A DNA stretch of 64,000 nt from Bacteroidota bacterium (lineage in GTDB: Bacteria; Bacteroidota; Bacteroidia; AKYH767-A; 2013-40CM-41-45). Where the stretch lies: NCBI GenBank assembly GCA_031385005.1, contig JANNBB010000051.1:87405-151404 (forward strand). The letters are read 5' to 3'. The position numbers and the translations under genes are program-made. Shown piece by piece: positions 47,228 through 57,755 of the stretch (positions are counted from its first letter, which is position 1; the number at the start of each line of letters is the position of its first letter). The notes below the pieces were generated by a model. It was not told the DNA's origin, ran no database searches, and saw nothing but the letters and a program-made list of their open reading frames with translations.

Positions 47228-49147
47228 ATGAAAAACATGTTTAATTTCAGTGGTAAATTAGTTAGTTGTTTACTTATTCTTATTGCATTCGTTATCCCGT
47301 TTAAGTCCTTTTCACAGGCCGATTTAACCTTAACAATAAATGAACTACTAACTTGGCAACCATCTGTCACTAATCAGAATAATATTTCATATACGGATCT
47401 ACATCTAAGAACACACACGAAGAATTTTCAAATTATTACTGGACTCGATTCCAATGCAAAAATTCTCTACTGTCCTGACGGAATGGACAACTTCGGTCCC
47501 TATATCGATTCTGCTAATCAGTTTAATCTTTTTAATTTTTCTCATTGGCAGTACATTGATATTCTTGCATGGTTTGGCGGAAGTGCTAGTTCGCCAATAA
47601 TCATTCCGTCTAAAGCATGGATTGATGCGGCGCATAAGAATGGCGTAAAAGTAATCGGTACAGTATTTATGGCACCCGCTGTATTCGGTGGTTCACAGGC
47701 AGCGGTTCAGAGTTTTCTCCAACAAGACAGCATCGGAAATTTTATTGCTGCAGCAAAATTAATTGAAATCGCCAATTATTATAATTTCGACGGTTGGATT
47801 CTTAATTTTGAAACGAGCGTTAACAATGCCACAGGAACATTAGCTACTTCTTTTGTAAATAAATTTGATAGTGCCTACTCAGGTGAGTTTATCTGGTATG
47901 ATGCTATGTTAGCAAATGGCACTATTAGTTATCAGAATCGTTTAAATGCAAACAATGCATATTTTTTTCAACACTCAACAGGATTATTTACTAACTATAA
48001 CTGGACTCTTGCCTCAACAGTTACAAGTTCAAATACCTATGCAACAGGATTGGGGAAAAGTCCGTTTGATGTTTATACAGGTGCTGATATGTGGCCAACG
48101 CGACCTGCTCAACCTGCCTTTACCAATTATACCTGGATTGATCGAATTATTACAAACAATGTAGCTAAGACTTCCATTGCTATGTTCGCAATGAATTTTA
48201 CTTTTAATTACGGACCCTTTTCTAATTTCAATAACGACTCTTCCGATTACAATAACTTTTATTCTGCTGAACGAAAAATTTTTTCCGGTATCGACGAAGA
48301 TCCTTTTACTGTTGATGCACAATGGAAGGGTCTGGTTAACTATATTCCGGTTCGTACAACAATAACTTCACTTCCGTTTCAAACAGATTTTAATACCGGT
48401 CACGGGTTTAACTACTATGAAAACGGCAGCATCTTCCGACCGGGTTCATGGCACAATATGTCACATCAGTCTATTTTACCGTCCTGGACATTTTATAAGA
48501 ACGGTTTAAATACGAGCTACGATTTCAATGATGCTTACAATGGCGGTTCGTCCCTTTCAATAACATCGAGTGCTGCTGATACAGATACAATGCCATTATT
48601 TTCCACCGTTTTTACCACATCTTCAAATGTATTATCGACTGAAATTGCAATCAAATCCGCTTCCGTTTCTTCTATTGATTCAATTGCTCTCGAACTTAAA
48701 ATGAAAAACAATATGCCATCACGAACAACTGTTTTGCATCCGGTGTTAAATGGAAACTGGGAAGTTCTCACAGGTAATATTTCCAATACAGGTTTAACAG
48801 ATACCATTATTGCTGTTAACTTGATTATTTTTTCTTCGGGAGGATATAATTTAAATGTGGGAATGCTCAAAGTTGACAGCAATGCCATCAACTCTGTTAG
48901 CAGCATCGATAAACAATCCTCTGCTTTCAGCATTTTTCAGGATACATCTGACGGACTTATTGAAATAAGAAATGTGAGCAATCTGGATGGTCAAATAAAT
49001 ATATTTGATTTGAAAGGAAGTCGGATTATATCAGAAACGATAAATAAATTTTCTATTCGACAAATTACGCTTCGCGGAAACAGTGTTTATATTTATGAAA
49101 TCGTTGCGGGAAAAGAAGTCAAGCAAGGAAAAATATTTGTACATTAA
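47228..49147 (+). CDS. GH85-family endo-beta-N-acetylglucosaminidase (ENGase) with T9SS C-terminal domain
   Basis: GH85 signature blocks WQYIDILAWFGGS…IIPSKAWIDAAHKNGVKVIGTVF and the catalytic block FDGWILNFET (N..E). Signal peptide. C-terminal beta-rich sorting-type domain. Confidence 0.65.
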   Translation: MKNMFNFSGKLVSCLLILIAFVIPFKSFSQADLTLTINELLTWQPSVTNQNNISYTDLHLRTHTKNFQIITGLDSNAKILYCPDGMDNFGPYIDSANQFNLFNFSHWQYIDILAWFGGSASSPIIIPSKAWIDAAHKNGVKVIGTVFMAPAVFGGSQAAVQSFLQQDSIGNFIAAAKLIEIANYYNFDGWILNFETSVNNATGTLATSFVNKFDSAYSGEFIWYDAMLANGTISYQNRLNANNAYFFQHSTGLFTNYNWTLASTVTSSNTYATGLGKSPFDVYTGADMWPTRPAQPAFTNYTWIDRIITNNVAKTSIAMFAMNFTFNYGPFSNFNNDSSDYNNFYSAERKIFSGIDEDPFTVDAQWKGLVNYIPVRTTITSLPFQTDFNTGHGFNYYENGSIFRPGSWHNMSHQSILPSWTFYKNGLNTSYDFNDAYNGGSSLSITSSAADTDTMPLFSTVFTTSSNVLSTEIAIKSASVSSIDSIALELKMKNNMPSRTTVLHPVLNGNWEVLTGNISNTGLTDTIIAVNLIIFSSGGYNLNVGMLKVDSNAINSVSSIDKQSSAFSIFQDTSDGLIEIRNVSNLDGQINIFDLKGSRIISETINKFSIRQITLRGNSVYIYEIVAGKEVKQGKIFVH

Positions 49148-49193
49148 AAATTGATCTACTTGGAATACACTATGAATTGAAAACGCATACCGA

Positions 49194-49937
49194 TCAGGTA
49201 AGTTCATCAATAATTTTCCTGACTTGTTTGATTACATCAGCATCGGTAACGTCAAATGTAGAATCATCATTTATTTGTACTCCCATAACAACAGAAGAGT
49301 GCTTGTGTGAATTTTCGGAATTTTTTTTCTTTTTTCCTGACAGATGGATTGCAGTTACTCCGGAAGTACATATAGCTGCTACATTTCCCGGATTTATTCC
49401 GGCTCCGGCAATAATTTGAATTTTATTTTGCGATAGTTTTACTAATTCCGAAATTAATTTTAATCCGACAAATGCATCAGATGCCTGGCCGGATGAAAGT
49501 AGTCTGTCTACTTTTAATTCCAACAAACGATTAAAAGACTCATAAGGATTCGCGGCTAAATCGAAAGCCCTGTGAAAGGTGAAAGGAAGAGGATAAGATA
49601 CTTCAAGCAATTCTTTTGTTCTCTCCATATCAATCTCCAGATTAGTTGTGAGTATTCCGGAAACTATACCGGCAGCTCCGGCATTTTTAAAAAAGATAAT
49701 TTCCTTCAACATCATTTCGAATTCCATTTTCGAATAATTGAAATCTCCTTCGCGAGGACGAATCATGACAACAACTTCCATTCCTATATTTGAAACTGCA
49801 TCGAACATAGCCGGGGAAGGTGTGAGACCTCCCAGCCGGAGGGCTGAGCATAATTCTATTCTGTCTGCTCCACCTTGTTTTGCCGATTGAACAGATTCAA
49901 TATTTCCACAGGGAACTTCTAAAATCATTTTCATCAT
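49194..49937 (-). CDS. cutC: CutC-family protein (copper homeostasis protein CutC, TIM barrel)
   Basis: N-terminal signature LEVPCGNIESVQSAKQGGADRIELCSALRLGGLTPS, with length and pattern as in CutC. Its start overlaps the upstream gene by 4 bp (ATGA). Confidence 0.7.
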   Translation of the reverse strand: MMKMILEVPCGNIESVQSAKQGGADRIELCSALRLGGLTPSPAMFDAVSNIGMEVVVMIRPREGDFNYSKMEFEMMLKEIIFFKNAGAAGIVSGILTTNLEIDMERTKELLEVSYPLPFTFHRAFDLAANPYESFNRLLELKVDRLLSSGQASDAFVGLKLISELVKLSQNKIQIIAGAGINPGNVAAICTSGVTAIHLSGKKKKNSENSHKHSSVVMGVQINDDSTFDVTDADVIKQVRKIIDELT

Positions 49938-50911
49938 TTATAATAACTCTTTCCGTCTTCTAAATTATTTTTATTTACAGGACTGTAGATAGCAAAATTG
50001 AATCCCGGTTGCAAACAATAAGCACCATATTCACCTTTTTTGTTCAAAGCAAGAAAGCCAACCTGTAAAGTTTTCGATCGCTCCGGCTGTTTCTTAACAA
50101 TACGTTCTACAGCTTCTCTGCAGGCGTCTTCGGGAGAATGGCCTTGTCTCATCAGCTCGACAACTAAATGCGAGCCGCAGATTCGAATTACCTCTTCACC
50201 TACTCCTGTTGATGTTGCGGCACCGACTTCATTATCGACATACAATCCCGCACCAATTATGGGAGAATCACCCACACGTCCGTGAAGCTTATAAGACATG
50301 CCACTTGTTGTACATGCGCCGGAGAGGTTACCTGATGAATCCAAAGCAATCATTCCGATTGTATCATGATTTTCAAAATTAACAATAGGTTTATATTCAG
50401 ATTTTTTTAACCACTCCTTCCAGGCTTTTTCGGATTCCGGAGTAAGGAGTTTTACTTTTTTGAAACCGTTATCTAAAGCAAAATGAAGAGCCCCTTCTCC
50501 TACGAGCATCACGTGTGGCGTTTTTTCCATTACCATGCGAGCGACAGAAATAGGGTGCATAATATGTTCGAGAAAAGCAACGGAGCCGCAATTTGAATTT
50601 TCATCCATGATGCAAGCATCCAATGTAACACGACCGTCTCTGTCAGGTAAGCCGCCATAACCAACGGTATTGACATTCGGGTCGGCTTCGGGGATTCGCA
50701 CACCGGCCTCAACAGCATCGAGTGAACGACCTCCTTTTGACAAAATCTTCCAGGCCTCTTCGTTGGCGGGAACACCGTGATTCCATGTAGAAATGACGAT
50801 TGGTTTTACTGCATCCGTGGTAGAAATGGTTTTTCCGGTGAGCGACTTTATGGAAAGTACAGAGGCGGCTAATGTGGTAATTTTTATAAAATCACGGCGA
50901 CTTGTGGACAT
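49934..50911 (-). CDS. N4-(beta-N-acetylglucosaminyl)-L-asparaginase / isoaspartyl peptidase (Ntn-hydrolase, Asparaginase_2 family), Tat-exported
   Basis: Twin-arginine signal (MSTSRRDFIKITTLAASVLS). Motifs HDTIGMIALD, GAATSTGVGE, GRVGDSPIIGAGLYVD typical of glycosylasparaginase / plant-type asparaginases. Confidence 0.65.
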   Translation of the reverse strand: MSTSRRDFIKITTLAASVLSIKSLTGKTISTTDAVKPIVISTWNHGVPANEEAWKILSKGGRSLDAVEAGVRIPEADPNVNTVGYGGLPDRDGRVTLDACIMDENSNCGSVAFLEHIMHPISVARMVMEKTPHVMLVGEGALHFALDNGFKKVKLLTPESEKAWKEWLKKSEYKPIVNFENHDTIGMIALDSSGNLSGACTTSGMSYKLHGRVGDSPIIGAGLYVDNEVGAATSTGVGEEVIRICGSHLVVELMRQGHSPEDACREAVERIVKKQPERSKTLQVGFLALNKKGEYGAYCLQPGFNFAIYSPVNKNNLEDGKSYYK

Positions 50912-51135
50912 AGTGGGTTAATTTATCTGTTTTATGAATACACAAACTTAAGATTTATCCTGATAAATATTCAATTTATTGAGTATCGTAATATATGTTG
51001 AATGGGTCTAATTTTTTTCCAATTTAACTTTCCTTTTAAATAAATTTTATATTTGTAAAGCCATTACACACATCAAAAACCATCGTTTCGGTTGCACAGA
51101 GAATAAATCAATTTAAACTCCTAAAACACAAAATC

Positions 51136-52665
51136 ATGAAAACATTAAAATTATTATTATCGGGATTTTTATTAATATTTTTCTCCTGTAGTCAAGAAAA
51201 ATTGGATACAAATCCGGTTAGTCATGATGTATTGGTATATAAAAACATTTTACAACCGGTACCTGATAAGGATGCATATTCGCCGGATAAAATAAAACAA
51301 ACGGTCATCACTGAATTAAACAACAATAATGATTTTCGATGGTCAAATTTCGATGTACATTTTATTTGGAGTGCAGCACAAGTTACCAAGTTAGTTGCAA
51401 TCGGTTATATGCCGGTTGATTTTAAAAATATTGATGAGAAAATTCATAGTATAGATATTTCTTCAGAGGCATGGAAGTCGGTACATGATGCGTTGATTGA
51501 AACAGTATTAACTGATTTGAATCAACAAGGAACCAAAAAACTAGAGAAAGAGGACATCCTGTATGAAGACGACAACGTGCTTCCCATTATTATTTTTCGT
51601 CTGACAGACAAATATGCAATAACGCATTTACAAAATTTAAAAAATGTACGTTACGTTGAACCGTATGGATACTGGCCGGACGATCAAAGCCGATCGACTT
51701 CCGGTTGCAGTGCTTCGACTACTGCTCTCAATGCAAGTGATTATTCTACAATATTACCGAATTGTATTTTACCATGGAATTATACAAACCTGAACATTCC
51801 TTCGGCTTGGAATATTGCTACCGGTGAAAACATTCAAGTCGGAGTAATTGATGGAGGAATTAGTAGTTCACAGACATTATTGAACGGACAATTTAACTCA
51901 GGTTATTCCAATAATGCACGAACAATAACTACCGATTATACTTACGGCACTTCCGCATTTACTTCTTGTACGCATGGCACTTCCATGTGTGGTTTGATTG
52001 CCGGACCCCGTAATGACCAAAACGGAGTTACCGGAGTAGCTTATAAATCCAATCTACATTTCATTCATGGTTGTGAAGATGTAGTATTGGATCAATCGAG
52101 TGAATTAAGCGGTGTAAAAAATGCACTTGTTAAAATGGGGAATTTGCCCAACCTGCGTATTATTAGCATGTCGATAGGCACACCTTTTTATAGTGGAGTA
52201 CTAAACGATGGGGTTAATTATGCTTATGGAAAAGGAAAAATGATTTTTGCTGCAGCCGGAACATCTTTTAGCTGGACTAGCTGGTGGGGAGTTGTTTATC
52301 CGGCTGCTCTCGCAAAATGTATTGCTGTTACAGGAGTTAAAGAAAATGGAAATACGTGTTCAAGTTGCCATGAAGGTAGCCAGGTAAAATTTACAATTCC
52401 AATGGAGAGAAATACAAACAGTAACAGAAATAGTCTGTCATTACCTTATTCAGGTGTAACATCAACGTATATCGGTGGTTCATCATGTGCTACTTCAACG
52501 GCTGCCGGAATTGCAGCATTAGTATGGTCGGTAAAACCGGCTTTGACGCGTTCTCAGATTTTAGACTGCCTTAAAAATACAGCACAGTTTCCCGGAGGTG
52601 TAAACAATCATGGTTATGGGAATATGAATGCTTTAGCGGCGGTTACCCTGGCGCAAACACTATAA
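51136..52665 (+). CDS. S8-family subtilisin-like serine peptidase (lipoprotein)
   Basis: Catalytic triad contexts VGVIDGGI (Asp), THGTSMCGL (His), GGSSCATSTAAGIAALV (Ser). Lipoprotein signal LLIFFSCSQ. Confidence 0.65.
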   Translation: MKTLKLLLSGFLLIFFSCSQEKLDTNPVSHDVLVYKNILQPVPDKDAYSPDKIKQTVITELNNNNDFRWSNFDVHFIWSAAQVTKLVAIGYMPVDFKNIDEKIHSIDISSEAWKSVHDALIETVLTDLNQQGTKKLEKEDILYEDDNVLPIIIFRLTDKYAITHLQNLKNVRYVEPYGYWPDDQSRSTSGCSASTTALNASDYSTILPNCILPWNYTNLNIPSAWNIATGENIQVGVIDGGISSSQTLLNGQFNSGYSNNARTITTDYTYGTSAFTSCTHGTSMCGLIAGPRNDQNGVTGVAYKSNLHFIHGCEDVVLDQSSELSGVKNALVKMGNLPNLRIISMSIGTPFYSGVLNDGVNYAYGKGKMIFAAAGTSFSWTSWWGVVYPAALAKCIAVTGVKENGNTCSSCHEGSQVKFTIPMERNTNSNRNSLSLPYSGVTSTYIGGSSCATSTAAGIAALVWSVKPALTRSQILDCLKNTAQFPGGVNNHGYGNMNALAAVTLAQTL

Positions 52666-52694
52666 TTCAATTTAAGTAAAGTTCCTGTTTACTT

Positions 52695-52733
52695 AAAAAG
52701 GCATCATGAAATAAAAATCATGATGCCTTTTTA
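52695..52733. terminator. bidirectional rho-independent terminator between convergent genes
   Basis: Perfect 10-bp stem ggcatcatga / tcatgatgcc (52700-52709 / 52718-52727) with loop aataaaaa. It is flanked by aaaaa upstream and ttttt downstream. Confidence 0.65.
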
Positions 52734-52783
52734 CTTAATTAATGTTACTTGTAATTTTTATCTATAAAGTAACTTTAGTAACT

Positions 52784-54394
52784 TCAGTTATTTTTTACAA
52801 CCTTAAAAGTTTGTCGTTGATTATTAGAAATGACATCCAGTATATACATACCTGTAGTCCACTTTGCGCCTAATTCAATTACCGCTTCCGAAGTTGTCCG
52901 TTCTTCAACTAATTTACCTGTGAAGTCAAAGACCCTTATGAATATCAATTCACGATTAACATTTAAATTTTGAAAAAGTGTAAATGAATCGCTGAATGGA
53001 TTTGGAAAAACATTCGTTGATCCAAGAACAATAGAAGGATTAATTTGATCTGCTTCATCGGCACGCAACTTCGTAGGGAATCCCAATTGTATGAACTTTT
53101 CAAGGCCGATATCCAAATTAGATCCATTAAATTCTGTTAGGCCTACATAAACACTGTCTGCATCAAGTAAAATTGAATTGACTTTATTTTCTGTTGTAGA
53201 TAGATCGTATCCTGCTTCGCTCCAGCTTCTTAATCCGGTTGCTTGTGAAACTCTTGTGACAAACCACTTGTGATCACCCAGTAAAGCGCCAACATTATTC
53301 GTTCCGCCGATGTAAATATCCCCGCTTGCTCCTCCCGTAATTGCACATTCAAGAGATTCATCAATAGTCGTGCTGGTGTATGGAATATCATCCGGGTGAG
53401 TAAAGTAAATAACAGCACCTGTGGACCTATCCAGTTTATTTACAAATATCCGGCTCGTTTCATTTGAGGGTGAAACGTTATAAAAATCATAACGCACACC
53501 AATAAATATCGGATTCCAAGCCGGATCAAATAAAATAAATTGAGCTCTGGCACCGCAACATCCACCGGCAGTAGCGACATGCCTGTTCCATTGATGAACA
53601 CCTGCGGAATTAAATTTGGTTGCAGAAATATTGGCAGTAGTAAGTCCAAAACCATAAACTTCTCCAAAGACATATACATTTTGGGAAGGATCAATAGCTA
53701 GTTTATAAACCTGATCTCTTCCGCCCAATAATCCTTCACCGTAAGTGATGGCCCAGACTAAAACTCCTGCGCTATTCAATTTAACAATGTTCATATCCGT
53801 TTCATGTTCCGGAACATTTCCACCGATATAAATATTTCCGGATGCGTCAATGACGACATCGCTTGCTTCAAATCCGGTTGTGTGATTGTACTGAAAGCGC
53901 AGACTTCCATTCCCCTGCTTATACTTTGCGGCATATAATCCGGTAGTTTTTACTCCGCCGATTACGGGATCTCCGCTAGTTGTAAGTCGTAAGTTGGCGA
54001 CAGTGCCTGCTGCAGTCGCTGACCATTTGTGTTTTAATGCGGGATTAAACTTCATCAATACCGTGTCTCCACTAACGCTGCAAACAACATATGTGTTTGG
54101 GTTATCGTCTTGTGCAATAAATAAAACCGGACCCGGAAGAACAATATCGGAAAGCTTCGAACTCATAAGGTTTCCCGCACCATCATAACAACGTTTTATT
54201 AAACGCTGCCCACCGGTTAAATCAGTAGTCGCTGTGATACAAAATTGTCCGGCATCGTTTCTAATAACTTTGAGCGTTTTGTCGTTAGAAAGGCCATTGT
54301 AAAATCTTCCCCAATCAAAATAAAGGGCACTGGAGTTCTGCGAAAGCAGCGTAAAGAGAACAACTGTTGCTAATTGAATAAATTTTGTTTTCAT
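52784..54394 (-). CDS. beta-propeller (SBBP-like) repeat protein with T9SS C-terminal domain
   Basis: Signal peptide. Repeated GxxYVxG/…DxxGNIY… units. C-terminal 'VFPNPFSDSFTLF…' CTD. Confidence 0.55.
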   Translation of the reverse strand: MKTKFIQLATVVLFTLLSQNSSALYFDWGRFYNGLSNDKTLKVIRNDAGQFCITATTDLTGGQRLIKRCYDGAGNLMSSKLSDIVLPGPVLFIAQDDNPNTYVVCSVSGDTVLMKFNPALKHKWSATAAGTVANLRLTTSGDPVIGGVKTTGLYAAKYKQGNGSLRFQYNHTTGFEASDVVIDASGNIYIGGNVPEHETDMNIVKLNSAGVLVWAITYGEGLLGGRDQVYKLAIDPSQNVYVFGEVYGFGLTTANISATKFNSAGVHQWNRHVATAGGCCGARAQFILFDPAWNPIFIGVRYDFYNVSPSNETSRIFVNKLDRSTGAVIYFTHPDDIPYTSTTIDESLECAITGGASGDIYIGGTNNVGALLGDHKWFVTRVSQATGLRSWSEAGYDLSTTENKVNSILLDADSVYVGLTEFNGSNLDIGLEKFIQLGFPTKLRADEADQINPSIVLGSTNVFPNPFSDSFTLFQNLNVNRELIFIRVFDFTGKLVEERTTSEAVIELGAKWTTGMYILDVISNNQRQTFKVVKNN

Positions 54395-54661
54395 GTTTTT
54401 GATTTTTTTTGGTTAATAAAAATAAATAGAACGAAAATATTGCAAAGAAGAGTTATACTAATTTCTTTTACTCTGATAAAAAGGATTTTAAAAATTCTGA
54501 AAGCATTAACAAGTTACTAAATGTTTTGTGTGTTTTTCAAAATAATGTTAGATACCGTTTTTTTTATAAGTCAAGCCTCTATTGTTAAAAAAAGTTTCGA
54601 AAAAATGTGTCTTATTTGAACAATTTTTCAATGCCCTTTTTATATTGATCTTTTTCGTTGA

Positions 54662-57532
54662 TTATTTGACGACTTTAAAAGTATTGTTTAAATCGCCCTT
54701 TTGTATGTTAAGGAAATAAACTCCTACAGACAATTCAGTAGTGTTGATTTGACATTCGTTCAATTCATTGCCAAGATTTCGGGAAAGGATTTTTCTTCCA
54801 TTGATATCGAATAGGGTAATAATTGAAGCGGCATCGTTACTGTTTTTAATCTGAATAAAAATATTGTCTTTAAATGGGTTGGGAGATACTTCGGCAATCA
54901 ACTCCTTTTCATTTTGCACTTCAGTTAACTCATCAACTTTCAATGCGATGATTGGAGTACTGACGATATTTATGGTATAATCTTCAACTTCACCATTAGC
55001 GAAAACCAAGCAGGGAGATGAAATGGAAGTTCTACTCATCATGACTCGCATACGAGTAGTTGTCAGTGCTGCCGATGAAGGGATAGAAAATGTTTTAGAA
55101 AGATTCCCGGAACTTGAGCTGGATGTATTCACAATGTTTTCGCCGGCATCAGCGAAATCTCCATCACCGTTAAAATCGATATATATTTTCCAGCGTTCTT
55201 TATATGAACCTGAGCTAAATCCGGCACTATATACAATAGTATTATTGGTGCCGCGAACTAAGTTTGTTGACAATCCGGTATTGATATAACCACCGGCATC
55301 GGAAGCAGAAACTCTGCTAATTGCTCCCAGTTGAACTAAATCAATCCATTCACTCAGGTTATTGTTTCCCTTTGCATTGCAATAGGCAGGTGTTGATACC
55401 AGTAATGTTTTCACTGTTTGTATAGCGGAGAATGGCCCGACTCCTGAGGAGCAACTTGCACTTACCTGATATTCATAAAAAGTATTCGTAATCAAGCCCG
55501 ACAGAACAATACTGTTTGAAGTAACATTTGAGTTTATCCAGATGAGTGCACCTTGTATGCGGTATTGAACAGAATATAAAAATGCGCTTGAAACAGTGGG
55601 CCATGTCAAAGTAAAGCTTGTTGTTGTAATGGCGGAAGCAACCGGAGAAGGTGTTCCGCAAATCTCTTGAGTAGTGAAATATTCAGTAGATGAATACGTC
55701 GGACAATTTGCTTCCCGTACCCTCCAGTTATAGGCAGTATTGGATGTTAGGGAATTAAATAAATATGTTGAACTTCCCGAGACTAGTATGTCAACATCCC
55801 ATACAGATGTTGAAGCTAATTTTGTGGCCACATAATAATCCGCAGCACCACTGATAGCTGACCAATTTAAGTTTGCAGAATTAGTTGTTATACCTGTTGT
55901 GTTTGTTCCAATTGGAGCCGGACAAGTGTACTGAATCGTTATCGTATCTCTTCTAACACAATAGCCATTGTCTGTTCCAACTTCGAAGGATAAAAGAGTA
56001 CTGATGGGAGTAGCCGGATCGATAGAATAATTAAACAAATCGTTCTGTGTCTGAAAAATGGTTAGTCCCGAAATAACTTTAGGAGCATCAACACTTGTAA
56101 CATAAGCCGAAAGCGGAGTAAGAGAAACAGTATATACTGCCGGATAGATTCCATAATTTTTTAACATGAAGGGAACGGTACCCGTTACAGCGGAAATACT
56201 TGCCGGTGCAGATGTAGTAACAACTCCATAGCTGGTAGAAACTTTTAGTAAATTCTTATTCATGACAACCATTGAATTACATAGTGGAATAATTCTGGAT
56301 GCGGCAGGATAGAATCCGTCAGTTGATGTACCAACCTCAGGAGTGAATCCATAAATTTTTCCTTTTGTTATTTGCTCTGCATAAGCCCAGTCTTCGGCTA
56401 CACCGCTGGCAATATAATTTAAAGTCGTTGTTGAATTACCGGACACGAAATTATTGTCGGCTGTCAGGAAAGAAGAAAGCTGACTGAACAAAGGTATTTC
56501 CGGATTGTTATTGACCGATACATAGGAATAAGGATAAATACAATAATTTCCATAGGAGTGACAATTAAATTGAGACACAAAATGACGTGAGTTACAGAAA
56601 TTTTTCAGCGCATTATTTTCAGGTTCGGAAAATGGTGCACTACCTCTGTATGTTTCCGAGCTTGTGGAAGTAGACGAGCCATTATTTAATCCCCATCCAT
56701 AGCCATAGTTTCTGTTGTTATCTACTCCAAAAGTTCCGTCGCCATTGTTGTGTCTGTTTTTACGCCACATGCTTCCTCCCGTACCGTTAACAGTCGCATT
56801 GTAAACATAACCATCCGGATTTACGCAAGGGACACAATAGATTTCAGTACTGTTAATCAATGTTTGTATTTCTTTGTCGGTGCTATAATTCTCCAGAATA
56901 TGCCACATAAAGAAAATCAGTTGTGTCATGCTAATGGGTTCACGTGCATGATGAACAGCATTGAGATAAACTTCAGGTTCGTTTTCATCGACATCAGCAT
57001 TATCACTGATTCTGACCATAAAAAGAGATCGGCCTTGCTCTGTTGTTCCAATGACGGATTTAACCGTAATTAAATCCGGGTAGAGGGCACGCATGTCATC
57101 CAACTCATTCTGCATTTCCTGAAAAGTAAAATGACGGGCAACACCACCGACTGTACCGTAAGTGCCGCCGGTACCAAAATTAACGGGAGTGGGGACAGAA
57201 ATAGCACGTTGAACGGGATTGGCTGCTGCTTTTCTATCGACTTCCGCGTTGAATGCCTCAATGTTTTTTTCCAGATCTCTGATCAGGTATTTTATTTTAA
57301 CTCCTTGCTGTCTCATAATTTTAATATCGTGGTCTGATACTTCAGCAATCAGTATATCATTTTCATAATGATAGTGATCCATTTCCAGGCCGGATTGAAG
57401 AAGACTCTTCAATTGGACATGGTTGATGGTTGTTTGAATGCGATGATACTTTTGGTTTTGGGCCAATGTCGGATTGTTTAATAATCCTGCTGCGAAAAGG
57501 ATGAATAAAAATTTTGTAACTGTTTGTTTCAT
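54662..57532 (-). CDS. M14-family zinc carboxypeptidase with Fn3 domains, GEVED domain and T9SS C-terminal domain
   Basis: The likely start is the internal ATG at 57532 (MKQTVTKFLFILFAAGLLNNPTLAQ). M14 zinc-binding region (LNAVHHAREPISM). Two Fn3-like repeats. GEVEDY motif. C-terminal 'VSPNPFKDNIFIQIKN…' CTD. Confidence 0.75.
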   Translation of the reverse strand: MKQTVTKFLFILFAAGLLNNPTLAQNQKYHRIQTTINHVQLKSLLQSGLEMDHYHYENDILIAEVSDHDIKIMRQQGVKIKYLIRDLEKNIEAFNAEVDRKAAANPVQRAISVPTPVNFGTGGTYGTVGGVARHFTFQEMQNELDDMRALYPDLITVKSVIGTTEQGRSLFMVRISDNADVDENEPEVYLNAVHHAREPISMTQLIFFMWHILENYSTDKEIQTLINSTEIYCVPCVNPDGYVYNATVNGTGGSMWRKNRHNNGDGTFGVDNNRNYGYGWGLNNGSSTSTSSETYRGSAPFSEPENNALKNFCNSRHFVSQFNCHSYGNYCIYPYSYVSVNNNPEIPLFSQLSSFLTADNNFVSGNSTTTLNYIASGVAEDWAYAEQITKGKIYGFTPEVGTSTDGFYPAASRIIPLCNSMVVMNKNLLKVSTSYGVVTTSAPASISAVTGTVPFMLKNYGIYPAVYTVSLTPLSAYVTSVDAPKVISGLTIFQTQNDLFNYSIDPATPISTLLSFEVGTDNGYCVRRDTITIQYTCPAPIGTNTTGITTNSANLNWSAISGAADYYVATKLASTSVWDVDILVSGSSTYLFNSLTSNTAYNWRVREANCPTYSSTEYFTTQEICGTPSPVASAITTTSFTLTWPTVSSAFLYSVQYRIQGALIWINSNVTSNSIVLSGLITNTFYEYQVSASCSSGVGPFSAIQTVKTLLVSTPAYCNAKGNNNLSEWIDLVQLGAISRVSASDAGGYINTGLSTNLVRGTNNTIVYSAGFSSGSYKERWKIYIDFNGDGDFADAGENIVNTSSSSSGNLSKTFSIPSSAALTTTRMRVMMSRTSISSPCLVFANGEVEDYTINIVSTPIIALKVDELTEVQNEKELIAEVSPNPFKDNIFIQIKNSNDAASIITLFDINGRKILSRNLGNELNECQINTTELSVGVYFLNIQKGDLNNTFKVVK

Positions 57533-57689
57533 AAAAATAAGTTTTGAATATTTTGTAACCAATATAAATAATTTGTTTCAATTATTAAAATGTTTTTAAA
57601 TTAAAATTAGCGAATCGAGAGGATTACCATTACAAAGAAACCCATAGAGCCACCTAATAAAAAACATTAAAAATAATGTAAAGAAAAAA

Positions 57690-57736
57690 GCAAAAAAAAT
57701 CCGCGAACATTGCCAATATTTTGCCATGCTCGCGGA
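57690..57736 (-). terminator. rho-independent terminator downstream of the 57756..59153 gene
   Basis: atccgcgaacat / atgctcgcggat inverted repeat (1 mismatch) with a 15-nt loop. On the minus strand it is followed by T8 (complement of a8 at 57691-57698). Confidence 0.45.
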
Positions 57737-57755
57737 TTGTATAAAAAAGACTTTT

